From contig OX597821.1 of the NCBI GenBank assembly GCA_951406725.2, positions 61,442,001 to 61,506,000 on the forward strand: a stretch of DNA of 64,000 bases, written 5' to 3'. Positions 51,755 through 64,000 of this stretch are shown in pieces (positions within the stretch are counted from its first letter, which is position 1; every line of letters begins with the position of its first letter). Origin of the DNA: Octopus vulgaris. Taxonomy: Eukaryota. Under the pieces are notes generated by a model. The model did not search any database. It worked only from the letters and a program-made list of their open reading frames with translations, and had not been told where the DNA came from. A program made the translations under genes and the position numbers.

Positions 51755-53852
51755 TACATAAACACGCACATACACACACATATAGTTTATAAGACAACAT
51801 CCTCATATATTTGTGCGTTTGTATAAACAGAAAGCTATTCTAAATTACATTCATTCAATTGACGTAAATGTAGTTTTCGATTTTACACAACGGACAAAAA
51901 TAAATATATGGAGTGATGTTATAGTCTTTCCATAAATATTCCTTGTACGTAGAATTACTCACAATTATATAACTGTATTTAGACTAATATTAATATTGTA
52001 AAGATATATTTATTCTTTGTAAGTTAATGCAGAGAGAATATTTATGTACGTATTATTGCTTCTACGTACACTATATACGCATGATTCCATGTCGTGGCTT
52101 AAATCCATATTCACCGTCTAGCCAGATAATCTGTTCTATCATAAATAGCATGTACTAAAATACTATCAGAAATGTCAGAAAAACATATTTGTATACCTCT
52201 GGCAGTTTCCTTTAATATCATTTTAACGTGATCAGAATTGATTTATAATGTTTCGGGACACGCTTACAAATATGCATACGAAAATTCTTATTACCACATA
52301 TAAACGTTTTTGGAGACAGGCAACCGTCAAGCATATTTGTTTGTTATTTGATATTTGATTCTTTTTACTGTTGGAAAAGGTCTCAATTCGTATAGTTTTG
52401 TGGGACAGAAGGAACGATTGTCTAATAACTTAGTAAGGCAAAACGGCAATCACAGTTTCTTTACAGGTGCCTTTGAAGTTTTAGAAATATTACATGATTA
52501 TTTCTTCGTTTGAGGGACGTTTAACGTTCTTTCATATAACAGAAAGCTGAAACTAATTTTGTTCTTCATAAATAACTCGATTACAACTTAAAGATTTAAG
52601 TGTTATTGGGGATGGAACACTATCATTGACAACTTCATTTACAACATACCGTTTTGGGTTGATCATTATGAAACAGTCCATTAGGCATTGAGTAAATTCT
52701 CATTCAACATCATTTCTCCTAAAGGATACTATCGGTACATCAGGTTTTTTTAACTGTTTAATACGTATTGTTTATATCATCACATCATGTCCATAAGTAT
52801 CAGATACATAACGTAACATCGTTTGTCGAATATATTTCTCGTGAACCTAATAAATCTCTCGCTGGATATTATATCAACCCTACTTTGTTACTCTAGAAAG
52901 TTAAGAATGTTCATACATCTCATTCATATTTGTTTTTAATCTTCAACTTAGTGTCAACCATATTAAAAACATCTTTCACTACATTCTCTTCCGGACTGAT
53001 AAGACGAAAACAGTCGTTACTAAATTAAACCCGACCTCAGTCAGAGTACCTATGCTGGCATCATTTGTATATACTCCATAGAGACAACCATAATCCATGA
53101 AATGAAATTGTTAGCTGTTATTATCCAAATTTGAAGTAGAATTCCTTCACTTGTAGATTTAATGTGCAAATCCTTTAGTTCTAACTATGCATTTCACGTT
53201 GCTGGAAGCTATATTGAAACGAATTCGGAGCGTTTTGATTTCACTTTTTACTTTCACTAATTGGTTGACCTTTTCATGAACCTTGCAGCGGTAATAGAAA
53301 AATGTCATCCGATTTTTATTTGGCTTGCTTAGATTCATGTATCATACATTATCAATCGAATAGACATGACATAAAAGTTGTACTGATGACCATTCAAATC
53401 ATTAAAACTTTCCTTTGTACCTGGTAGATGGCCATGGATATTTGTGTATCGCCCTGCATGAGTACTGAAACAATGTACGGTGGATGGATTTTCTGTCAAC
53501 AAAATTTAATGCAATGCAATTCAATGTCTTAGCGTGTCAGCACATAGAGAACAGATCTATAAGCGTTTATCAAGTAAGGATGGATGACCTGATAGCCTAT
53601 GCTTTCTTTATTAGCCTGCGAACTTCTCAAGACCGGCTTTCAGATCTGCTCTATTCGGAAATAAGAGCTTTGTAATTCTTCAAGATAGCACACTCTCTAA
53701 AAAATTGGAAAGTTTATGTGGTTTTTCTGCCTGCATAATTTGGCAGTTGAATTACCCTCAAATAAGGCTCAGTCACTGTTTAAAAAGGTATGATACAGTG
53801 GATAATGTAAGTCAATAGATATTTTACCAGAAGACAATCATGGATAGTCATA

Positions 53853-54056
53853 GAACAGGGTGCTCAAAAGTTCTTTGCTTGGAGGATGTCGAAAAAGGCC
53901 TGATTGGAGGCCTACATTTTCGAGTTCTTAGAAAAGCAGGAGGACCGCTGTAATGTGTGAATCTGAAAGGGGAATATGTTGAATAAAACCATAATTAACT
54001 GAATCTCCTGTATTTCCTTTTACCCAAAGACAGAAACTTTTTAGCACCCCCTCGTA
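53853..54056 (+). mobile_element. Mariner-derived MITE
   Basis: GGGTGCTCAAAAGTTCTTTG ... CAGAAACTTTTTAGCACCCCCTCGTA TIRs; CVNLKGEYVE* remnant. Confidence 0.78.
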
Positions 54057-54829
54057 GTCGGAACAATTTTACTAATGGCGTGGCTGATCAGAGTTTGCCT
54101 GTTCGAAATACCTATAATAAAACCTTAAATTTTTCTCACCATTGAGATAAGGTATAAGTTAGTATTTGTTGATTTAACCTCTTAAGATAATTGGAGAGGC
54201 TCTCGAAAAGATCTGTTCTATATAGTTATTTGCAGAAGAATCGGTGGCGTTTGGTATTCTTTCACATGTGGAAGAAACCAACCAATGAATAAATAAAGGG
54301 GTATATTTGAGGAAAGTTTTCATGTAAACATAATATAAATAGATACTGCATTGTTCATTGGACAGTATAAAGGGAATTAATGATCTTTCTTTGATAAGTT
54401 CAGATTTCAGCAGAGGAGGAAAAATTCTTCTCTTTACTTCATCCAGCACAAATTTTATTGATTCTGTAACTTATGTTGATTGTGCAAGCAGTTCTTTTTC
54501 CAATATTCTCTGTCTGATCATGTGTAACAGTTCTTCATGTCGCGCTGTTATTTCTCCGTTTCTTAGTCAGAATGGCTTTCATATCTTAAAATGGAACTTG
54601 CTGCACTTCATACACAAGCGATGTAAATGTGTTTCCTTTTCATGATGTGGATTTATCGACTTTGAAAGGATAAAAAGCAGAGCTTGTCGTAGGCGCAGGA
54701 TATTCTAAATTACAGAGCGTTCGAACAAAATTTGACAGTTTTCATAAAAGGAAAATAAAATAAAATATCCCATCCAAAAATAAAAGTATTTATTAAAAAA
54801 TATTAAAAATATCAATGAGATCATGACTG

Positions 54830-55260
54830 GGAGATAACAGTTTATTCAAAGTAACCGCCCTCCGATTCCATATCGGCCTGAATACAGCTGTTGAACCTGG
54901 CGTGTGCTTTCCTGGCTTTGCCCATGGGATGATCTCCGAAAAGGTGTCTGATCTTGGCCACAAGCTCAGCCTTGGTATTGCAGGAAGAGCAGTTGATGTC
55001 TTCCTACGTAATTCTACGGATTACTCACGTAGAGTAATCCGTAGAATTAGGAATTACAATCGAGGGAATTAGGAACCCTGAAATTGGGGTTGGTGAAATC
55101 GTGAACATTCTCCGACAACCGTTTCTGGAGGTAAAGTAAGGAGCCGAATCCTTCTGCCACATATATGGCCTACTAGCTGCAACCCACATCAGTCATTGTT
55201 TGATCATAAACATAATCACATAACCCTGTTGAAAAATGCAGTGTAAGTATTACGTCCCTT
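54830..55260 (-). mobile_element. Tc1/mariner (maT-like) transposase remnant
   Basis: Minus: RPYMWQKDSAPYFTS..LSENVHDFTNPNFRVPNSLDCN...NTKAELVAKI...RFNSCIQADMESEGGYFE*, a decayed WQQDSAP.H / WPPNSPD.NP / A.GG.FE. Confidence 0.8.
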
Positions 55261-56184
55261 CACTAGAAGTACAGCAAAATATCATCACAGTTTGGAGGTA
55301 TTTGGTTTACATGATGTGTCTGTGACGTCTTAAGGCATTTTACAGTGTTCACAGAACATTGGGAAGCAGACATGATGTCAGCATGCCTATGCTCTGTGCG
55401 AAACTTTGTACTCCCCAAAGCTGTCAACTCTCCATCAATGAATGAGAATGTTTCAGAAGGAAAGGAAGCAAAAGAATTAAGCAAATTTAGCCAGAACGCG
55501 TTGCAATATTCGCCCTAGATATATATATGCCTGTGTATGTATGTAATCATGTATTATGTATGTATGTATGTATGTATGTATGTATGTATGTATGTATGTA
55601 TGTATGTATGTATGTATGTATGAATGTATGAAGTACGTATGTGTGTATGTGTCTACATAAACATGCACATGTATGTATGTGTGTGTGTATACATATTAGG
55701 ACGTTAATTGTTATGGTTTATGGTTACGCACCCATAAAGTGCTAAGCAATATAGGTGCCTTGTGTCTCGTGCTGAAGGTCCATTTCGATACGTAAAAATA
55801 TATATTACTGCTCTAATGGTTTAGCGCAAGGGTTCTCATCTCCCGCCCTATTTTTCTCTGTGGATCACTTTGATTACTATTGTATACTGGTGGAGAGCCA
55901 TACCCATTCGTTGTTTAAAATCTAATTTTATAGAAGCTTCTTTCAAAATGACGATTTTTTTTTTCACACTTTAACAAAATAGAAAGAAAACTAAACTATT
56001 TCTTGCTATACATAACAATACAAACACCCAAAACAATATTTATTCAGGGGCCCTTAAAATGCTGCTGTAGATCTCCAATTTGCTACTGTGTTGCGTGAAC
56101 CCCAAAAGTCTTATATGGATCTCGGTTGAGAACAACTGCTTTAGATTGTGCTTCTTTTTCCCGATATGAGCTACTGACGATATG

Positions 56185-56299
<115 letters not shown>

Positions 56300-57787
56300 C
56301 AGTTTGGTGAAATATTCCGTACACTTAACACAAAAAAATGTAGTGGTAGATATATCTTTTATTCTACCTAAGACGAGATTCTATTTTATAATGATTTAAC
56401 TATTTAAATATATGTATGTGTGAGTGTGTGTGTGTGTGAATATATGTGTGCATGTATGTATATATATGTATGTATATAAGGAAAACTAAAAAATAGAGAT
56501 AAATCAATTAATAATATTTATTTATTACAAACTAAAGATTTTTATTTAAATAGTTAAATCATTATAAAATGTGAGGTAGGGGGAACATAATATTTATTAT
56601 GTTGTTAATATTTTTTACGTGGTTAAATATTTATCATGCGGTTATCAGGAAAGTTAAAAATATAATTTTGGCAGAATGGTGACGTTCTGATGTTGAGGAG
56701 TGAGGAAGACAGAGAGAGAAGGGAGAGAGAGAAGTGGAGAAAAGGATGATGATGTTGGTGGTGCTTACCATATGTATTATATGCGTACATATTAGCATTG
56801 CTTCCTTCTCAATTCGGCTCTCTGCTCTGATTCCAAACCCATAGAACAACACCAACATCCCCGCCATGAACACCGCACCCATACTCCTCCACCACTGCGC
56901 ACCTCCACACACCATAACCCGAATCCCACAACGGCCAACATACCACTGCCGCCTCCAAAACGTGTAAACCCCACCTTGGTAAAGTTAATTGGACAGAGAC
57001 AAGATATGTTCACATTTAAATCCTTAATTGAACAGTGAATTGAAGGAGAGGCTTACGTTGGATGCATTTAGCTAAATGAATGATGCAATTAAATCTCGAT
57101 TCGTTATTTTCACTAAATGGACACAGAGTACAAACATATACACACATACACCAACGCATACATACCATATTTCTCATGTACATATTAACATCGTTATATG
57201 TCATCCCAACTCTCTGCTCTATGATTTTATATCCAACTCAGTTCAAATTATATGCCATCTTTTCAGAGTTGATAAAGTACCGGGAAATTGCAGCGGCCTT
57301 CCGGAATTGTTAAAGCGCTCAACTCGATAACTTACAGTATCTCTTTTGACTCTTAGTTGTCAGGGGGAAAATTCAATGTCGAGATTGAAATAGCATCTCC
57401 CTAATTCGTTGTGAGAATTCTCAAAATGAATAGCGACAGGTAGTAGTACTGAACATACCTGAAGTGGAAGAGCATTCACATCTTATCAATATATTTGTTT
57501 CATATTTGCAGAGCCTTGGAAGTTGGATGCGGTTAGAACTAGAGTCTCTTTTCGTACATTCATCAAACGCATTAGTGATGGGCTACTTTTATTTAGAAAC
57601 CGTCCAAACATCTCCGACAGCGACAAATGCCACCGTTGCTGACTGGGGATATAAAATTACATTTATATTTATACCATAAATACATAGTCACACGGAAAGT
57701 GAATCTTTCTCCCTTTCTCTACTATACACTTAGAAATACACTGAAACACACGCTCAATAGATATACCCCCATATTATACAGACGTGC

Positions 57788-57846
<59 letters not shown>

Positions 57847-58734
57847 CGTACATACATACATACATACATACATACATACGTACATCTATCTATCTGTCTA
57901 TCTATCAATCTATAGACATTATTCTCGGATAGAATCGTAAATCATATTTCAGAATTATTGACATAAAAATATATATTTTGTGTACAATAGAAAATCTTTA
58001 ATAGATGTAATCTCAGAAGTGTTTCTGAAAGTCATGTCTATAATCGCAATGACCACTATATATTGTGAGATATTGATGAATATTCCGTTCACATTGCTCC
58101 ATAATTAATGAGAGTCCTGATGTATTTCGACATTCATACTCGATATAATAGAAATTATATCTAACACCTTCATTTGTCTAATTCATTGTACTTAGATTCC
58201 AATATAGCCAAAGAGAAACCGTGGCGTACGAAAATAATATGAAGGTGTTCAACGTCGAAAAATATCAAATCAATAGATGGTACACAATTACAGCGGTCGA
58301 GGCAACGTTAGAACCTCTAAATGTCTACGACATATGCTAGAAATAATTGAAATAATGCTTAGTTGTATCCGGAAGTTTTAAGCAATGCAAAAAACATAAG
58401 GCTATGAATCAGTAATATAAGATAGAGAGGTAACGGATTGTGTATATGGTCGTAAGGTTGTTGAATGAGATCTTATCAGTGGTTAAACAATTAGGCATTC
58501 ATGAAATTTGAAGCGAGGAAACGTCTACATAGATGTTCTGTCTGCAAATGACAGCAGCGATCTCTCAAATTTTAAAGTTACAAATACACAAAGGAATGGC
58601 TAGATTGATTATGTAGTCGTAAATAGTCAATGAATATTCATTAGGGGTGACCACAGGACAAACGGGAGAGATACAGCTTTTGACATGTTATTCGGTCAAA
58701 TAAAAATTATGCAAATTCATATAAATGTTATACT

Positions 58735-59050
58735 TTTATTCTTTTATCCGTTTCAGCCATGTAGCTGCAATCATGCTGGAGCAATATCTTTATTTTTTTA
58801 CCATTCACTTGCTTCACTCATCAGCCTGCGGCCATGCTGTGGTACCGCCTTGAATAGATTTGACGGAACGAATCGGCCTAGTACTTATTTTTTTGGTACG
58901 CACGGTATATATTCCATCGGTTATTCTCGCGAAACACTTATTTACGGGGATATAACCACATTAACACATGTTGTGGCGGGACACAGAGGGACATAGGCAC
59001 AGACACGCAACCAGACACATACACATACACACACACAAACACACACATAC
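58735..59050 (-). mobile_element. SINE family B, degenerate
   Basis: CTGCGGCCATGCTGTGGTACCGCCTT..AGTACTTATT..TTACGGGGATATAA. Confidence 0.6.
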
Positions 59051-59192
59051 GCACGCATACAAGATAGTATCTTCACGCCTTCTTACATTTTAATCTGTCG
59101 TAACAACTCCGTAATTATGTTTAAATATATAAATATCATAATATAAACCGATACCAATCATTATATATATATATATATAAATATATATATAT

Positions 59193-59410
59193 GAGTGGTT
59201 GTGGTTTTGTAGTAAGAAGTTTACCTTCCCAACCGCGTGGTTCCGGGTTCATTCCCACTGCGTGGTATCTTGGGCAAGTGTCTTTTATTATAGCCGCAGG
59301 CTGGACAAAGTCATGTGAGTGGATTTGGTAGACGGAAACGGGAAGAAGCCCGTCGTATATATATATTTATACACATAGATATGTGTGTATATGTGTGTGT
59401 CTTTGTGTAT
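59193..59410 (+). mobile_element. SINE family B 5' half
   Basis: GGTTCCGGGTTCATTCCCACTGCGTGG..GTGAGTGGATTTGGTAGACGGAAAC..GAAGCCCGTCG. Confidence 0.85.
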
Positions 59411-59694
59411 GTGCGTGTGTGGAGGCATATGGCCTAGTGGTTAGAGCATACATCACTAGAAAAACGTACAATCTTCACTCGCATCTTTCGCCAAATGTAT
59501 ATGCATATGCATACACCCCCCACACATACACGCACACATGTATAGTATGAACAGGCGCGCTTGCGCATACTATGAACTTTTTTACCCCCTTATCTTAATT
59601 AGCGGTCATTCAAATAGCGCTTTTGTATAAATAGCGGTCAATAACACAGTAATTTCCCTTTGGATAACGGTCTTTTTTCATAGCCTTTTTCCGA

Positions 59695-59768
59695 TAGCCG
59701 GTTAACTGAAGAGATGGTGGTGTGGATTTCTACCTCGGCATCCGAAACTCAGAGTTTTATCTTGGCTA
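59695..59768 (+). ncRNA. Hammerhead ribozyme motif (pLTR-type element ~59590-59864 ending in (TA)n)
   Basis: TAGCCGGTTAA-CTGAAGA (59706-12)-GATG...CATC-C-GAAA (59744-47)-CTCAGAG-TT-TTATCTTGGCTA. Stem I TAGCC..TAA / TTA..GGCTA; near-palindromic stem III ACTC-A-GAGT. Confidence 0.65.
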
Positions 59769-59860
59769 CCGAATAATTGTCACGTTATATTTACAGATAA
59801 ATTCCTCTATTTACATAACATTGAGGTCTCTTTCTTTCTTTTGTTATCTTACCGTTTTTA

Positions 59861-59896
<36 letters not shown>

Positions 59897-59898
<2 letters not shown>

Positions 59899-60110
59899 TT
59901 CAGCAAAAATTTTGTTTCAGATGAATATGGTACTTAAGTTGAGGCACCAGAATTTAGTACGGTATTATCCATACAATTTCAAAGTAAGGTGATTAAAATC
60001 AAAATAAGCAACGAGGATATCAAGAGGTACTGCAGTACGATCGCTGCATATAAAGCCAAGAATCATTAACTATTGAAAGACAGACCAGCTGCAAAGATAT
60101 CAAGAAATTG
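59897..60110 (-). mobile_element. Diverged relative of the 39611 element with decayed hammerhead
   Basis: GGTACTTAAGTTGAGGCACCAGAA..GGTGATTA..AAGCAACGAGGAT aligns to 39661-39750. Minus strand TGCAG-CTGGTCT..TAT-GCAG-CGATCG-TA-CTGCA at 60093-60031. Confidence 0.65.
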
Positions 60111-60469
60111 TTTTCTTCTTTCTCTCCTTCTCTGTTTCTTTAACACATCTTTCAGATACAAAGAAACAGCCACACACACACACAGGCACGTGCTCTCTCT
60201 CACTTTCTCTCCATTCCTCACCATCTTGTACTAACTTATATATCTCCCCACCTCTACACACTCAATAATAATATAAGAAGTGACAAAATTCCTGCAAAAG
60301 TTCAATTTGACAACTCCACTAGAGTGGACGAAAGCGCTTATATGTGATATGTGATTTATAAAAGCATGTAACATACCAATAAATATCTGTAAATATAAAA
60401 CCATCCAGATTTCTGAGTACCTCATTTCTTCTAATATATAATACCTGTACATCATCTCCAAACCTTCTA

Positions 60470-60541
<72 letters not shown>

Positions 60542-60549
60542 GTATGCAT

Positions 60550-60765
60550 CTTTGTGTGTGTGTGTGTCGGTGTTTTTACTACTATAACAACTTGACAACC
60601 GGTGTTTGTGTGTTTACGTGTCCGTAACATAGCGGTTCGGCAAAAGTGAACGATAGAATAAACACTAGTCTTAAAAAATAAGTACTGGGGACGATTCATT
60701 CGACTAAAAATTCAAGGCGGTGCCCCTGTATGCTCGCAGTCCAAATGAGTGAAACAGGTAAAAGA
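60550..60765 (+). mobile_element. SINE family B 3' half
   Basis: TTGACAACCGGTGTT..AGCGGTTCGGCAAAAG..AAGGCGGTGC..CGCAGTCCAAATGA.TGAAACA. Confidence 0.85.
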
Positions 60766-60794
60766 TATATATATATATATATATTTATACTACA

Positions 60795-60925
60795 AGCTTC
60801 TTACAGTTTCCGTCTACTAAATCTATAGTCGACCCCAGTATATAGTAGAAGGCCCAAGTACCAACCAGTGAGACTGAACCCGGATCGGGTGGTTGGGAAG
60901 CAAGCTACTTACCACATTGCCACGT
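60795..60925 (-). mobile_element. SINE family B 5' half
   Basis: CAGTTTCCGTCTAC..TGAACCCGGA..AAGCAAGCTACTTACCAC. Confidence 0.8.
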
Positions 60926-62275
60926 CTTGTGCCCATGTATGTACTATTAATTCGCTACATGTTAATTTTAATTTCACTTCTCCTTGCTATAAATGTCACA
61001 CGTCCACTTGAATGTTGAGCATATGAGTAACATAAGATGAAACTGAACGTGCATACTTTGATTAATACGCATGCGCCTGCGCACACACGCACACGTACGC
61101 ATCTACGTCAGGAAAGTTCTCAAGTTGAAACATGTTATGTAAATTTAATATGATCTGTAAATTTAATATGCCTTACTGGGACTTTATATTTAAGTGCTAT
61201 TGATTATATACTGATCTGATAATGGACGTTACCGTAGCATATTATTGCTATCTGTTTGATTGAATAAGTTTTGAAGAATGGAGAGAAATTATGAAGTGCA
61301 GTTAATTTAGTAAAATAATTTTAAAGTGCTAATGGAAAGCCACAGTTCCCGTGTTCGAATTCATTATAAAGGTTGGTATCATTGGCTTGTTAATATCAAC
61401 CACAGGAACACAGATTGTTGTGTTGTATAGTAACGTACGAAGTAGTGCAGTAATTATAAAGACGCTTAGACAGAATAGTTTGAAACCTTGATAAGCAGTA
61501 GCAAATAAGAAATAAGGAGATGACGAAACTGATGTTGAAGAAAAATGTACATTACAGAAAACTCACTTAACGAGAAATATTTTTTCAAAAACAAAACAGA
61601 ACCAATAAGATATGGCTTATTTCTTGGTGGCTGGGGTAACACCGTGGTTGAGTTCTTATTGAGTTAATGCAACATACAGTGCAATGAAACGTAATATTTT
61701 AGAGTCATACTTTTAATGCTACAACACTTCCAACCGATTCACTTACCATGTACTCACATGGAAAGTAATTTACGGCCTTCAGGTATTCGAAGATATATAG
61801 TTCAACCAATTATTCTTCTGCAAACTAATTCATGATTTAAATATAAGACAATTTTACATATAATCAACATGATTTGTTTCTGCTTCCAAATATCTTTATA
61901 ACGAGTGTTTTAATATGTGTTCGATTTCTGTATACATTTCTTTTTTATGCTGTTATCTATACATCTCCATTAATTCCTTGTTAAGCATCTAAATGATGGT
62001 ATTTATATTGTTATATTAAACTGTTAAGTTGCATCAATGTATTGTTCTAGACAGAGATTGAATAAACAAGGCATTCTATGAGACTAATGTTGGAATAAGC
62101 AATTATATAGGGATCTATAACATACACATATCCACACACTATGTGTTTATTTATTTGTTGAACTAGCTATCTCTGTCCAAATGTCTGTATGATTTACTAC
62201 ATACATACATACATACATACATACATACATACATACATACATACATACATACATACATACATACAAACATACATA

Positions 62276-63260
62276 AGGCTGATAACTTCATAAGTCTTGG
62301 AAGGCAGCTTTTTGAGCAACATTCCTTGTCTGATAACCTAGAATATATGCTGAAAGAAGTCACACGACTCAAGCACAACGTATCATCAGATGAGAGCATG
62401 AGCCTATATGAACAGAAGACTATGCATAGATATGTTAGTAGAAAGCTCCGAGATGTTAGTAACATTGATCATTAAAATAGTCTATCATGAACCAATAGCC
62501 GGATTACTACCTCCCAAGTTGAAGGGTATGCGTTTACAATCCAGGAACAGGAAATATCAGCTAAGTACCTAATGCACAAAAGGGACAGAGATGCGGGAAA
62601 ATAAGTAAAGTGTGACAACCGATGCATACTTCGAGAACTTAACATCGAATATATCACCCACATCATAAGCAGTTGTCCGAAAATGTCATCACGGGTAATT
62701 CTACCAAATCCGTCGGAAGAATAACGCCGAGGACAAAGAAATAAAAACTCACAGTAAGGTAGAAGCCATAGCTAGTCAAAATAAAAAGGAGTGCTGGAGT
62801 ACCAGTGAAGACCTCAATAAAATGTTAACAAACATACTTGATATAATGATTTGGCATAGAGAAGAGAAACTGTGTACAGCTGTAGAAATTTGCTGCCCAG
62901 CGGATGTTAACATAAAGCTGAAGATCAGTGAAAAAGAGAATACCTACACTGAACTACTGAGAAATCTGCAGTTACTCTATCCAGATTACAAGTTCAGGTT
63001 TATACCTGTAATTAGTGGGACCCTGGGATATGTAACACACTGCCTAAAGACCAATCTTTTCAAAACTAGAAAGGAGAAAGCTAATTCAAAGACTACAGAT
63101 CCAGTTTATCACTGGAACTAAAAATCTGTAAGACTTCCCAGAAGTGTATCATTTAAATATATATAAGCAGGCTTAGACATGCAACTATAGGCATGCGAAT
63201 ACATACATAAAGCAAATCATACAAATATGCACATATACATACATACAAACAAACAGACAA
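62276..63260 (+). mobile_element. RLE-type non-LTR retrotransposon (distinct family) inserted in (CATA)n
   Basis: EGYAFTIQEQEISAKY...CDNRCIL...EYITHIISSCPKMSS and the RLE LDIMIW...AVEICCPADVNIKLKISEKENTY...FIPVISGTLG. (CATA)n lies upstream (62199-62275) and CATA/CAAA repeats downstream (~63230-63262). Confidence 0.85.
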
Positions 63261-64000
63261 ACAAAAATACCCTGTTGTTGATGTTAAAATTCCGATGTAG
63301 GAGCCTTGGATCTAGGTAAGAAACCAGTTCTTTCTCTATTTGTAAGAAAACTTGAAATAAAAATGAACAATGACGTATGTACATATATAAATGCACACAC
63401 ATATATAGGATCTTTGGGCAAAATTTGAAGAAAGTTACATCTCCCTTTTCCAGGAATAACTTGATGTATTAGTGAACAGTCAACAGCGTTCGAGACTATG
63501 AATATTAAAGGTATAGTTAAAAAATAGTTTACCTGACGTAGAGGAGTGGAAGCCATAAACATATTGGTAAATTTAATTGTATCGTGATGATTAAGGCCGG
63601 GTATCAAAATGCTGCTCAATGTTCTTTGAACGTTGTAAAACCTGTATGGCATGATATGGACAGCTGCGACGGAAATTACGAAGCTGTGGCCAGTAAGGGG
63701 AAAATAAACATCCAGTACAAAGTCGTCCACATTTGAACGAATAACACCTTCGTGTCAATTCAGAGGTCTATTTGAAGCTGCCGGACATTGTAGTCAATCT
63801 ATGGCTGGGCTGCTGCTGGAAGTCCATATGTGAGGAAGTAGGATTCGGCATCTTGCCGTATCTCTGCAGAATGTCAGAAGTGGTGATTAAAGAATTTCTA
63901 CGACTTCATTAACTCCAATTTCCAGTAACCTATTTCTCCGATTGAAATCCCATTGGATGAAATGTGAGTGGGTCGCAGTTGAGAAAGACACAACCAATCT

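Noticed and set aside
56792-57013. Gly/Trp/Cys-rich 73-aa minus ORF and His/Pro-rich plus frame
   Set aside because: Low-complexity CCA-rich sequence with no recognisable domain or convincing splice context.
59420-59450. tRNA-like GGAGGCATATGGCCTAGTGGTTAGAGCA
   Set aside because: Only an A-box fragment, most likely a truncated SINE head; no cloverleaf, so not a tRNA gene.
60290-60345. GGAC-GAAA-GCGC-TTA hammerhead-like 3' half
   Set aside because: No CUGANGA box or stem I could be fitted upstream.
62918-62934. CTGAAGA-TCAGT-GAAA
   Set aside because: Lies within the RLE coding frame, with no stem II, III or I.

Overview
AT-rich, microsatellite-dense eukaryotic DNA. Its SINE families and RTE/RLE retroelements look like a coleoid cephalopod (Octopus-type) genome; this is inferred from repeat recognition. 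No intact host gene was identified, and nearly all ORFs in the track are microsatellite artefacts or decayed transposon pieces. Retroelement content: five fragments of RLE-type (R4/Dong-like) non-LTR elements next to simple repeats, RTE and CR1-like remnants, three tRNA-derived SINE families, and a decayed Penelope-like GIY-YIG endonuclease. DNA transposon content: Tc1/mariner remnants and MITEs. A near-identical ~3.09-kb unit is triplicated at 37449-46692. The strongest signal is a set of short non-coding elements inserted in (TA)n tracts that carry minimal type-I hammerhead ribozyme motifs (CUGANGA-stem II-GAAA-palindromic stem III-UH), as in Penelope pLTRs. The best one is a ~740-bp fold-back element with ~297-bp inverted arms, each holding an apparently intact hammerhead. 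It lies in the triplicated unit, giving 6 hammerheads (3 per strand, ~3.09 kb apart). A second, unrelated family has the same asymmetric fold-back architecture. A candidate HDV-like ribozyme sits in an RTE-5'UTR-like element. All structures were folded by eye and none has been tested.
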